Shown piece by piece: positions 43,906 to 52,455 of a stretch of 64,000 bases of DNA; the stretch's first letter is position 1; each line of letters opens with the position of its first letter. The translations under genes were made by a program, and so were the position numbers. Where the stretch lies: NCBI GenBank assembly GCA_963805065.1, contig CAWDSS010000010.1, positions 856,359-920,358 on the forward strand, in the 5' to 3' direction. The notes beneath the pieces are model-generated. The model made no database searches, had not been told where the DNA came from, and saw only the letters and a list, made by a program, of their open reading frames with translations. The DNA is from Candidatus Omnitrophota bacterium. Lineage in GTDB: Bacteria; Omnitrophota; Gorgyraeia; Gygaellales; Profunditerraquicolaceae.

Positions 43906-44835
43906 ATGCTGAATAAATCAATACGCATATTAAATTTTGATGACAGCATTACAAAACAGAAGAATCTGGTCTCGCAATACCAAACCGAAATCATTGATTT
44001 TAAAGATTTAGGCCCAAATGCTAGGCACTGGATGAATAATAAAACTGGCCAGCTCATCCAGGAGAGGTTAAGCAATACAAGCCGCAGTAGCGTTACTTTT
44101 TTGGGTTCAGGAGATTTCCACCACTTAAGCCATATACTTATCGGGGAATTCCAGAAGCCAATATGTCTGATTGTTTTTGATTCCCATCCCGATTGGGACA
44201 TCCTGCCTCCGCGTTTAGGGTGCGGTTCATGGGTTACGCGGGCCTTAAAAACTAACAGAATCTTAAAATGCATTTTGCTGGGAATTTCCTCTGATGATAT
44301 TTCCACTTGGAGTATCCAAAGCGGTAATCTTGCTTCTCTAGGGCAAAGCAGGGTCGAAATATATCCCTATCAGCACAAGCCCACCCTGGTTTTTTTTAAG
44401 AGGGTGCCAGAAAATCCGTCCATTAAACAAGAAAAAGGCTTATTTTTTAGTAAGGTTTATTGGGACGAGCTGAAGAATAAAGAATTGTCAGAGTTTCTCT
44501 TGTCTTTATTGAAACGTATGCCCTCTAAGCAAGTATATATTTCAATAGACAAAGACTGCCTGAAGAAAGAATACGCCTTAACCAATTGGGAAGAAGGCAG
44601 GTTATCCCTGGAAGAGCTTATATTTATGCTAAAGATTATAAAAGAAAATATGGACATAGTTGGAATGGATGTAGCGGGGGATTATTCCAGGGTTTGCGTA
44701 GCAGGCAGTATCAAACACATCATTTCAAAAATTGACCATCCTGTCCGGGTAGAAGCCTCTAGGCACTCTGTCTCCTCAATAGATTCTCTAAATCAACAGA
44801 CAAACCTTAAAATCTTGAAGTCCCTGGGCATATAA
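43906..44835 (+). CDS. arginase/agmatinase/formiminoglutamase-fold ureohydrolase family protein
   Basis: GSGDFHHLS, VFDSHPD and SIDKDCL metal-ligand-like motifs. Confidence 0.55.
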   Translation: MLNKSIRILNFDDSITKQKNLVSQYQTEIIDFKDLGPNARHWMNNKTGQLIQERLSNTSRSSVTFLGSGDFHHLSHILIGEFQKPICLIVFDSHPDWDILPPRLGCGSWVTRALKTNRILKCILLGISSDDISTWSIQSGNLASLGQSRVEIYPYQHKPTLVFFKRVPENPSIKQEKGLFFSKVYWDELKNKELSEFLLSLLKRMPSKQVYISIDKDCLKKEYALTNWEEGRLSLEELIFMLKIIKENMDIVGMDVAGDYSRVCVAGSIKHIISKIDHPVRVEASRHSVSSIDSLNQQTNLKILKSLGI

Positions 44836-44842
44836 TTCTTAA

Positions 44843-45709
44843 TTACTTATGGCTTTCGAAGAAGGAAATGGCTTTTTCTGCAACCTTATCCCTTTCCTGG
44901 TCTGCGGTAATAATATGGTAGGAGTCTTCAAAGAAGATAATTTGTTTATCTTTTGAAGAGATATTGCGGTAAATATAATAGGAATTCTTTGGGCTGGTGA
45001 CGTCGTCATTTTTTGCCTGAAGCAATTGTATGGGCAACTCAATCTTATCAAGAATAGACATGACGTATTTTGCCAGCAGGTAGTTTTGATACATGCATGA
45101 TACGGGAATTACGGGATAGCCGTAAAGATGGACTTTGCTGTAATCATCAATCTTAGAATCTTTATAATAAGATTCTATCCTCGAACGCAATTTCTCATTT
45201 TTAATCCCGTAGGGGTATTCTTCCTTAAAATAAAAATAATATTTCAGGGGTGTTTTGTATACGATAGGCAGCAAGATTCTTAGCTTAGGCGTTCCCCATC
45301 CGTCAAAAAACAGGGTGGGAGAGAAGCAGTTTAGTGCTTTAACTTTCTTAGGGAACTCATAGGCCAGCAGTATCCCCAGCAATGCCCCGAAAGACAGGCC
45401 TGCAACGAATATATTTCTATAATGCGGTTCGTATTCCAGGAATGCCTTTTTTATGGAGTTGTACAATTCCTGCCAACTTTTTCTTTTGAGGACAGAAATA
45501 GATTTATTATGGCCTTCCATGAGCGGTGCGGCAACAGCAAAGCCTTTGTTATTCAGGCGCTGCGCAAGAGAGCCCATTTCTTTGGCAGTGCCAGTGAGGC
45601 CATGGATAAGAAAACAGAGGTTATCATTGTCTCCCTGCAGAAAAAAACTTGAGTTGGGTATATCCTGTATATCCCTGCGGTCTTCTTTTAGCGAAAAAAT
45701 AATCGACAT
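44843..45709 (-). CDS. alpha/beta-hydrolase (esterase/lipase)
   Basis: LIHGLTG oxyanion region, nucleophile elbow GLSFG, C-terminal SYH. Confidence 0.7.
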   Translation of the reverse strand: MSIIFSLKEDRRDIQDIPNSSFFLQGDNDNLCFLIHGLTGTAKEMGSLAQRLNNKGFAVAAPLMEGHNKSISVLKRKSWQELYNSIKKAFLEYEPHYRNIFVAGLSFGALLGILLAYEFPKKVKALNCFSPTLFFDGWGTPKLRILLPIVYKTPLKYYFYFKEEYPYGIKNEKLRSRIESYYKDSKIDDYSKVHLYGYPVIPVSCMYQNYLLAKYVMSILDKIELPIQLLQAKNDDVTSPKNSYYIYRNISSKDKQIIFFEDSYHIITADQERDKVAEKAISFFESHK

Positions 45710-45716
45710 GTTATTT

Positions 45717-46928
45717 CTATAGTTGTTTTACGGTATTAATTAGCAACTTTGTGTCATCCGGTTTTAAAAATGAGCTTGTACTTAATGTTATATGCCTTTT
45801 GGCAATATTTCTGGCATTGGGGCAGGGGGTATCCTCTATTATGTCTTTTAGATAGTCATAATCCGTAATTGCAGCAGCGTAAATCTGAGACCCCCCCAGG
45901 CCTAAACTCATTAGCTTTTTTATTGCTGTCTCTTGCTTTAGCGGTTCGTCAAAAATCAAAGTAACATACGGGTAAGTAGCCCTGGTATTTTCTTCTTGGG
46001 AAATAATTTTTAACGTTTTAAGATTCCTTAACCCATCCATATAAATGCCTGCTTTAATTCTTTGGTTTTCTATCTCGTTATCAAGACGGCTAAAACATGC
46101 ATGCCCTACAGATTTTCTGATTCCAGAGACCTCATGCGTAGGAAAATCAATGCTGAAATATTCCGCCATTGCCCTGAAGTGCCGGCCTTGTGATTCCCAG
46201 AATATTTGCGGCAGCCTCCAGACAAACCAGAAAAGCTGCGGCCTGTAAAAAATCCAATACCCGAATAATTCCAATATCTTTAAGCCTTCTTGAAGATAGG
46301 CGTTCTTAACAATCCTTTTGATTGCCGATTCGATTATAGTTGAGTACTGCCCATTGGTGGTAGCTATAACCCCCCCTTCATAAATAGTTAAACCTTTGCC
46401 GCGGCAGAGACTAAAAAAAGAGAATTCGCCCAGAGTGCCAACCAATTTATTTTTGTATAATGCTCCCAGCGATTGTGCACAATCTTCAATTATAAATATT
46501 TTGTACCTTTGCGCTGTTTCTTTTATGGCGTCAAAATCTATAGGTAAGCCTGCCAAATGAACTGCCACTATTGCCAGCACATCTTTGTTTTCAAAACATA
46601 TCTTATCTAATTGTTCTTTGTCAAAGCTAAAGTTAGCATTGTTTATGTCGCATACAGCCACTTTGAACCCCGCTCGCTTTATGGCTAATGGAATGAGGGG
46701 GCAAACAAATGAGGGGATAATTACGGTTCTTTTGGATGACAGTTCTTTTAACCCCTCCAGAATAATATAAAAAGCAGCTGTGCCTGAATAGGTAATTTTT
46801 GCATAAGCGATATTCAGATAAAGTTTAAAGTCTTCTTCCAGGCAATTCTGCTTGGAGGAGGCAGCAAAAAAATCTCTTAAGATTAAGGGGAAGCCTGCAG
46901 TAGGCGGGATTTCCCTGAAAATGCTCAT
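45717..46928 (-). CDS. DegT/DnrJ/EryC1/StrS-family PLP aminotransferase (ArnB-like)
   Basis: Family-typical IIEDCAQSLGA, FSFF..K.LT..EGG pattern. Confidence 0.75.
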   Translation of the reverse strand: MSIFREIPPTAGFPLILRDFFAASSKQNCLEEDFKLYLNIAYAKITYSGTAAFYIILEGLKELSSKRTVIIPSFVCPLIPLAIKRAGFKVAVCDINNANFSFDKEQLDKICFENKDVLAIVAVHLAGLPIDFDAIKETAQRYKIFIIEDCAQSLGALYKNKLVGTLGEFSFFSLCRGKGLTIYEGGVIATTNGQYSTIIESAIKRIVKNAYLQEGLKILELFGYWIFYRPQLFWFVWRLPQIFWESQGRHFRAMAEYFSIDFPTHEVSGIRKSVGHACFSRLDNEIENQRIKAGIYMDGLRNLKTLKIISQEENTRATYPYVTLIFDEPLKQETAIKKLMSLGLGGSQIYAAAITDYDYLKDIIEDTPCPNARNIAKRHITLSTSSFLKPDDTKLLINTVKQL

Positions 46929-47000
46929 ATTTTCCTTTAAGGTTTCATCTATTCTATGTTAAAATACTTCGAAATGCAAGTTACTTATTAACAAAGCCCC

Positions 47001-48125
47001 ATGGAAAATATTACCTCTAAAATTGTAGATTCCATCACAAAAATAAATGAAGAAGACTGGGACTCGGTTTTCGGCAAGCTTCCCGAGGGTTACAGTTTCT
47101 ATAAGACGCTGGAAGAATCCCGGTTGAAAGAATTCAGTTTTTATTACGCCATATTATACCATGATAATAAGATTATAGGTATTGTGCCTTTATTTATCGC
47201 TGCCTTTGACGTGAATATCGTAGCGGATGGAGTTATAGAGAAAATTATAAATTCCGTACGCAAAATTTTTCCGAGGTTTATGATTTTAAGGACATTGTTC
47301 TGCGGATCGCCATTCGGAGAAAACGGGCGTCTGGGAATTATGCAGCCAATAGCGGATAAAGACGCTGTCCTCGATGAATTAGTAAAGGCATTGGACGTAT
47401 TTTGCAGGCAAAAGCGCATACCGCTAGTAATCTTCAAGGACTTTTTAAAGCAGGATACGGTTTTTTTAGATGGGCTAACAGAAAAAAATTTTTTTAAAAC
47501 AGAAAGTTTTCCCGGAGTAGCAGTGGAATTGAATTACGATTCTTTTGAAAAGTATTTAGGCAGCTTAGGGCATTCAACCAGGAAGAGTTTACGTAAAAAA
47601 TTACGGCAGGCTTATTCATCAGCCGATATCTCGGTGAAAGTCGTAGAGCATATAGACAATTTAGTAGATGATATACTTAGGCTTTACGAAAATACCTATT
47701 ATAGCGGTTCTACAAAATTTGAGAAGCTGACAAAAGAATTCTTCTTAAGCATAAGCACGAATCTTTCCCCGCACGTCCGATTTTTTCTTTATTATGTAAA
47801 TGGCAAACTCGGGGCATTCAACCTCTGTTTTAATTATAAAGATTTATTCATTGATAAATTCATAGGCTTTGATTATGATATATCCAACAGGTATAACTTA
47901 TATTTTGTGAGCTGGTGCTTTAATATAGAGTGGTGTTTAAAGAACTCGATACGCCTATATCAGTCCGGGCAAACCGATTATCAACCGAAATTAAGATTAG
48001 GCGGCAGTCTAATACCCTTATTTGCATATTTAAAACACAAAAACCCCCTGATGAATTCCCTACTTAAATTGCTTGCCAAAATCATTGTACCGGCAAGCTA
48101 CGATACAGGTAAAAGTGCTCTATAA
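47001..48125 (+). CDS. FemAB/BioF2-like GNAT-fold acyltransferase
   Basis: ~370 aa with the two-lobed layout and RKSLRK..-type linker seen in Acetyltransf_6-like proteins. Motif-level only. Confidence 0.4.
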   Translation: MENITSKIVDSITKINEEDWDSVFGKLPEGYSFYKTLEESRLKEFSFYYAILYHDNKIIGIVPLFIAAFDVNIVADGVIEKIINSVRKIFPRFMILRTLFCGSPFGENGRLGIMQPIADKDAVLDELVKALDVFCRQKRIPLVIFKDFLKQDTVFLDGLTEKNFFKTESFPGVAVELNYDSFEKYLGSLGHSTRKSLRKKLRQAYSSADISVKVVEHIDNLVDDILRLYENTYYSGSTKFEKLTKEFFLSISTNLSPHVRFFLYYVNGKLGAFNLCFNYKDLFIDKFIGFDYDISNRYNLYFVSWCFNIEWCLKNSIRLYQSGQTDYQPKLRLGGSLIPLFAYLKHKNPLMNSLLKLLAKIIVPASYDTGKSAL

Positions 48126-48126
48126 A

Positions 48127-48549
48127 ATGTTAAACAAAAAACTCACCCTTAAAATATTATTGTTTCTGATATTTTCCGATATATTAGAAACCCTGACTCA
48201 AGTTTGTTTTAAAAAAAGCGTCTTGACTCAGAGTGTATTTTCACCTACGGGTATCTCGGATATTTTCGTATTTCTTAAAGGAGTATTTTCTTCCCCGTTT
48301 TTGTGGCTGGGGCTTTTTTCGGTTATCCTGACATTTATTATTTGGTCGGCAGTACTTTCTAAAATCGATTTAAGCGTGGCTGTGCCAATAGCAAGTTTTA
48401 GCTATATACTTGTGCCGCTAAGCTCGATTATCTTACTGCACGAAAAAATAAGCCTTGCAAGGTGGGTGGGTATTTTATTCATACTAGCCGGGGTAATACT
48501 TGTCTCCTTAAGCACTAAAGAAAACAAGGGAGCTATTAATGGAAGCTAG
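48127..48549 (+). CDS. small 4-TM EamA/DMT half-transporter (ArnE/ArnF-like), subunit 1
   Basis: ~140 aa, four TM helices, overlaps the next gene by 11 nt. Confidence 0.55.
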   Translation: MLNKKLTLKILLFLIFSDILETLTQVCFKKSVLTQSVFSPTGISDIFVFLKGVFSSPFLWLGLFSVILTFIIWSAVLSKIDLSVAVPIASFSYILVPLSSIILLHEKISLARWVGILFILAGVILVSLSTKENKGAINGS

Positions 48550-48919
48550 TTTAATATTCATTCTATTCTTGATAGTACTGACCAGCATTTGCGATACCAT
48601 AAACCAGCTGCTTTTAAAATCCACGATAAACTCGCTTGATACCCTCACAGGGGAATTTTTTAACTTACTGCGGTTTATCTTTAAGCTTATTATCTCACCT
48701 CGGGTATGGATAGGATTTTTATTCTCCGTTTTATCTTTATGTATCTGGCTTTTTGTATTATCGAAAGCAGATCTGAATTTTGCCTTTTCTGCCGATAGCA
48801 TGCATTATATATTTATTGCCCTTGCTTCCAGATTCCTGTTAAAAGAAAAGATAGGTTTTAACAGGTTGCTGGGCACGATTTGTATTATAGCAGGAATTGT
48901 ATTGGTTAGTTTAAATTAG
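48539..48919 (+). CDS. small 4-TM EamA/DMT half-transporter (ArnE/ArnF-like), subunit 2
   Basis: 126 aa, four TM helices, paired with the previous gene. Confidence 0.55.
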   Translation: MEASLIFILFLIVLTSICDTINQLLLKSTINSLDTLTGEFFNLLRFIFKLIISPRVWIGFLFSVLSLCIWLFVLSKADLNFAFSADSMHYIFIALASRFLLKEKIGFNRLLGTICIIAGIVLVSLN

Positions 48920-48984
48920 AATTCAAAGATTACCCCGCCAAGCACAAAATAGCTGTTTATCCCGGTTTCAAGGGAAAATTTTTC

Positions 48985-49014
48985 TTGACAAATGATACCA
49001 ATATGGTATCATTT
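48985..49014 (+). promoter_or_regulatory. promoter TTGACA-16-TATCAT overlapped by a perfect 11-bp-arm palindrome AAATGATACCA-ATA-TGGTATCATTT (operator candidate)
   Basis: Read directly. Lies upstream of the Rrf2 regulator gene. Confidence 0.6.
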
Positions 49015-49030
49015 TCTAAAAGGAGGCAAG

Positions 49031-49108
49031 ATGCATGTAACTATTAAATACATGTTGCGGCCTGTAGCACACTGCAAAGAAGGCTGCTCAGCTTTGTCCC
49101 GGGCATGA
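49031..49108 (+). CDS. 25-aa micro-ORF MHVTIKYMLRPVAHCKEGCSALSRA
   Basis: Strong SD AAGGAGG 5 nt upstream. Lies between the operator and the Rrf2 gene. Below the track cutoff. Confidence 0.3.
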   Translation: MHVTIKYMLRPVAHCKEGCSALSRA

Positions 49109-49159
49109 CAATAAACTGCCTCTTACCTATATGTTAAATACATCCAATCAGGAGAAAGA

Positions 49160-49558
49160 ATGAAGTTAATTACCAGAGATACTGATTATGCGTTAAGAGC
49201 GCTAAGTTTCATGGCTAAAAAAGGCAAAGGGATAGTCGCGGTTTCGGAATTAGCGGAGAAGTTAAATATGCCCCGTCCTTTTTTAAGAAAGATACTCCAG
49301 GCATTAAACAAGGAGGGTGTTCTTAAATCGTATAAAGGTCCGGGAGGAGGATTCGCGCTGGCTAAGCCGGCAAAAAGCATTTTTTTAGTGGATTTAATGC
49401 GGCAGTTCCAGGGGCCGCTACGGTTAAACGAGTGTCTTTTTAAAAAGATAACCTGCCCTGACAGAAAAACCTGTGCCCTGCGGAAAAAAATAAGCAATAT
49501 AGAAAAACACATGATTTCGCAATTAAAATCAATCACAATCGCTTCACTGTTAAAATAA
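49160..49558 (+). CDS. Rrf2-family transcriptional regulator
   Basis: MKLITRDTDYALRAL..., winged-helix LRKILQ.L...G.L.S..G..GGF.LA, C-terminal Cys residues. Confidence 0.85.
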   Translation: MKLITRDTDYALRALSFMAKKGKGIVAVSELAEKLNMPRPFLRKILQALNKEGVLKSYKGPGGGFALAKPAKSIFLVDLMRQFQGPLRLNECLFKKITCPDRKTCALRKKISNIEKHMISQLKSITIASLLK

Positions 49559-49601
49559 GGATAATTATGGCAATTATCGGCATAAAGCAAGAAAGGGTAA
49601 A

Positions 49602-49820
49602 ATGAATTTTAAATGCCCCGGGCAAGACTCAAGAAACATAAAAGCTGAATCTCTGGTTTGTCCTGGTTGCGGCTATAAATTGGAGATTTTTTCCGACGAG
49701 GTGAAAATTACCTGCCCAAAATGCAAAAGCCTGGCTTGCAGGGAGAGGTTGCCTTCTTGTGCGGATTGGTGCAAATTTGCCAGGGAATGTATTGGTGGAA
49801 TAACCGCAAAAAGAAACTGA
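49602..49820 (+). CDS. Cys-rich zinc-ribbon protein
   Basis: CPG...CPGCG...CPKC plus a C-terminal CxxWCxxxxxC. Confidence 0.5.
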   Translation: MNFKCPGQDSRNIKAESLVCPGCGYKLEIFSDEVKITCPKCKSLACRERLPSCADWCKFARECIGGITAKRN

Positions 49821-49865
49821 CTTTTGCTTGCTGCGGTGTTATAATAATTCCCCAGAGGTTAAGAG

Positions 49866-50618
49866 ATGAAAAAACCAAACCAGAAGTTACCTGTCACAAA
49901 CAGAATATTGCTTGTAGACGACGATTCGGTATTTAGAAGTGAATTTAAAGAGTGTTTCCAGGACTACGGAATAGCGGAAGCCTCAAATGGAGAGGAAGCG
50001 CTAAAGATACTAAAAAAACCCCATGAAATAGACCTGGTTGTTTTAGATGTCAGGATGTCAGGGATGAATGGTATTGAGGTGTTGGAAAAAATCAAAAAGA
50101 TGTTTCCCGAAATGCGCATTTTTATTTTAACCGGTTACGGGTCAAAAGACGTTGCAGTTGAGGCCTTGCGGGGTAAGGCCGATGACTATATAGAGAAGCC
50201 TTTGGATATTGATAAGGCAAAAGAGCTTATCGAGAATACACTGGCAATCGGCGGTAAAGACTCCCTTGGGGAATTATCAACCCAGGATTTAAAAGGTAAA
50301 ATTGAACATGTAAGAGAATTCTTGCGCAGAAATTGTTTTAAAAAGGTGGGATTGAAGGACGCGGCGGCAGCTGTGTGTTTAAGCCCCAAATATTTAAGCC
50401 GGGTCTTCAAAGAATATTCCAAACAGGGGTTTAACGAATTTAAACTAGGCTTAAAAATAGAACAGGCAAAGAGCCTTCTAAGAAAAACCAGCCTTAACAT
50501 TGACCAGATTTCCTACAAACTGGCATACCAGAATTCCGAGTCATTTATAAGGCAGTTTAAGAAATTCACCAAACGCACCCCTACGCAGTTTCGCAGAAAA
50601 TACTCAAAAACAAGATAA
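49866..50618 (+). CDS. response regulator with AraC-type HTH output domain
   Basis: Receiver LLVDDD...DLVVLDVRMSGMNG. C-terminal AraC HTH (LSPKYLSRVFK...SESFIRQFKKFT..TP.QFR). Confidence 0.85.
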   Translation: MKKPNQKLPVTNRILLVDDDSVFRSEFKECFQDYGIAEASNGEEALKILKKPHEIDLVVLDVRMSGMNGIEVLEKIKKMFPEMRIFILTGYGSKDVAVEALRGKADDYIEKPLDIDKAKELIENTLAIGGKDSLGELSTQDLKGKIEHVREFLRRNCFKKVGLKDAAAAVCLSPKYLSRVFKEYSKQGFNEFKLGLKIEQAKSLLRKTSLNIDQISYKLAYQNSESFIRQFKKFTKRTPTQFRRKYSKTR

Positions 50619-50645
50619 CAGGCTAATTTTTAAGAAAACAGGTAA

Positions 50646-51896
50646 ATGAATAAAAGGATACCGCTAATTGACTCGAATATTTTTTTTGTATCAATTGTCG
50701 GTATTTTTATTATTTCCATGGCCTTTGTTGCCTGCGCCAGGGACGGCCGGGACCTAAGAGTGGGTTTATTTGGCGTAGAGCAGGTATTGCAAAAAAAATC
50801 TCCTTACGATAATCCTACTGACCCTGCGAGAACGATATTCAGGTATGCCCCGGGGATAACCATATTGCAATACCCATTCTTGCTTAAAGCTAAACTCATT
50901 GCACCGTTTGAATTTAGCGACATAATCCCTTCCATACTTCTCTGGTATTTAATAAAGATGATTCTTTTATTCTTAACTTGTGTGATATTGCTTAAGCTTA
51001 TCCCTTCTATATCCAGGCAGGAGAGTTGGTATAATTTAAAACTAAGTATTCTATTGGCTATACCTTTAATAGGCTATGAATTATCAAACAGCCAGAATAA
51101 ATTACCGGCATTGTTTTTTGTTCTAGCTTCTCTGTATTTCTTTGAAAAAGACAGGCTGTTTGTTTCAGGGATACTGTTTAATATTGCCTTAACAATTTAT
51201 ATACCGTTGGTAATTTTTATAATATACTTTTTTTTAAAGAATAAGAAATTTATTTTTAGCTTCATTGTTTCTGCTTTAATAGTGTTTATTGTCGTTCCTT
51301 CTTTGATATTCGGTTTAAATTTTAATACCTTTCTATTAAAAGAATGGTTCCTGCGCACGCTTAAACCGTTTATGTTTACAAACTCCTACTCTACCTACAT
51401 TGATTTAAGGGGTAGCAGCCAATCAATCTCCAGCGCCATAGGCAGGATTTTTGTTATTGGTAAAGCGGGAAATTTTAGATATTTCATTGCTCCTGCCCAC
51501 ATACATCTAATCGTTAAGGCATTTTATGCCTTAGTCGTTTCATTCTCTCTCTTGGCAGTATGGAAACAATCCCAGACTTTTTCAAAAGGCCTGGCATATT
51601 CAATTCTATTAATATTAGCTTTGATATTGCCGCAGTACTGCATTTACTACAGTTGGGCATGGACCTTCGTTTTTTATTTCTCAATATTTAACTACGTAAG
51701 TTTCCCCGGTATTCCGCAAAAAGAAAAGAAGGTGCTTTTATCCCTGGCATTTCTTTTATTCCTGTCAATCTGCCTCATAGGTTTCGATTCCTTAAAGCAC
51801 CTCTCGGTTATTTTTTGGATGACTATTCTGTTATGGTCCGCAATAACCGCATCCCTAATTTCTTCCAAAAGTAGCTTAGTAGAAAAAGGTCAATAA
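50646..51896 (+). CDS. polytopic membrane protein (possible GT-C/DUF2029-like glycosyltransferase)
   Basis: Over 10 TM helices. No soluble domain and no firm motif. Confidence 0.35.
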   Translation: MNKRIPLIDSNIFFVSIVGIFIISMAFVACARDGRDLRVGLFGVEQVLQKKSPYDNPTDPARTIFRYAPGITILQYPFLLKAKLIAPFEFSDIIPSILLWYLIKMILLFLTCVILLKLIPSISRQESWYNLKLSILLAIPLIGYELSNSQNKLPALFFVLASLYFFEKDRLFVSGILFNIALTIYIPLVIFIIYFFLKNKKFIFSFIVSALIVFIVVPSLIFGLNFNTFLLKEWFLRTLKPFMFTNSYSTYIDLRGSSQSISSAIGRIFVIGKAGNFRYFIAPAHIHLIVKAFYALVVSFSLLAVWKQSQTFSKGLAYSILLILALILPQYCIYYSWAWTFVFYFSIFNYVSFPGIPQKEKKVLLSLAFLLFLSICLIGFDSLKHLSVIFWMTILLWSAITASLISSKSSLVEKGQ

Positions 51897-51997
51897 AAGG
51901 GAGAATCGGGCAATTTACTTAATTTTCTCGCCTGCTATTATTAATTAGTATATTACTACTATTATCTTTAAGGATGGGATGGGCCAAATAAAAAATA

Positions 51998-52372
51998 ATG
52001 CTAACTAAGAAAATCATGATTGTAGATGATGATAGGGTATTTGCTGATGAGGTTAGAGAATTATTAATCTCAAGCGGATACGAGACAAGCGTTGTCAACG
52101 ATAGCAGGCAGGCATTCGATGCCGCACGCATTTTCAAGCCGGATACTATAGTGCTTGATATAAAAATGGACGGGTTGGATGGTTTTCGGGTGTTGGAGAG
52201 ATTAAAGAGCCTTCCGGAAACAGAAAATATCCCTGTAATCGTAATGACGGGTTATTTTACACAAGAGGAACATTCCCGGCTAATGAGTTTGTGTGGCATG
52301 GATGCGTTCCTTATAAAGCCTTTCAATGCACTGGATTTGATTTCCAGAATCGAATTCCCTCCCCATGATTAA
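51998..52372 (+). CDS. stand-alone CheY-like receiver protein
   Basis: IMIVDDD, DTIVLDIKMDGLDG, PVIVMTG, KP. Confidence 0.85.
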   Translation: MLTKKIMIVDDDRVFADEVRELLISSGYETSVVNDSRQAFDAARIFKPDTIVLDIKMDGLDGFRVLERLKSLPETENIPVIVMTGYFTQEEHSRLMSLCGMDAFLIKPFNALDLISRIEFPPHD

Positions 52373-52406
52373 AATACAGGTAGAAAAAAGTCAATAAAAT
52401 GACGAA

Positions 52407-52423
52407 TTAAGTAATTTACTTAA
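52407..52423 (+). promoter_or_regulatory. perfect 17-bp palindrome TTAAGTAA-T-TTACTTAA upstream of the P-type ATPase
   Basis: Read directly. Half-site AATTTACTTAA also occurs at 51912..51922. Confidence 0.5.
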
Positions 52424-52455
52424 CGTTATTTTGCTGTAACATATTCTTAATTAAC

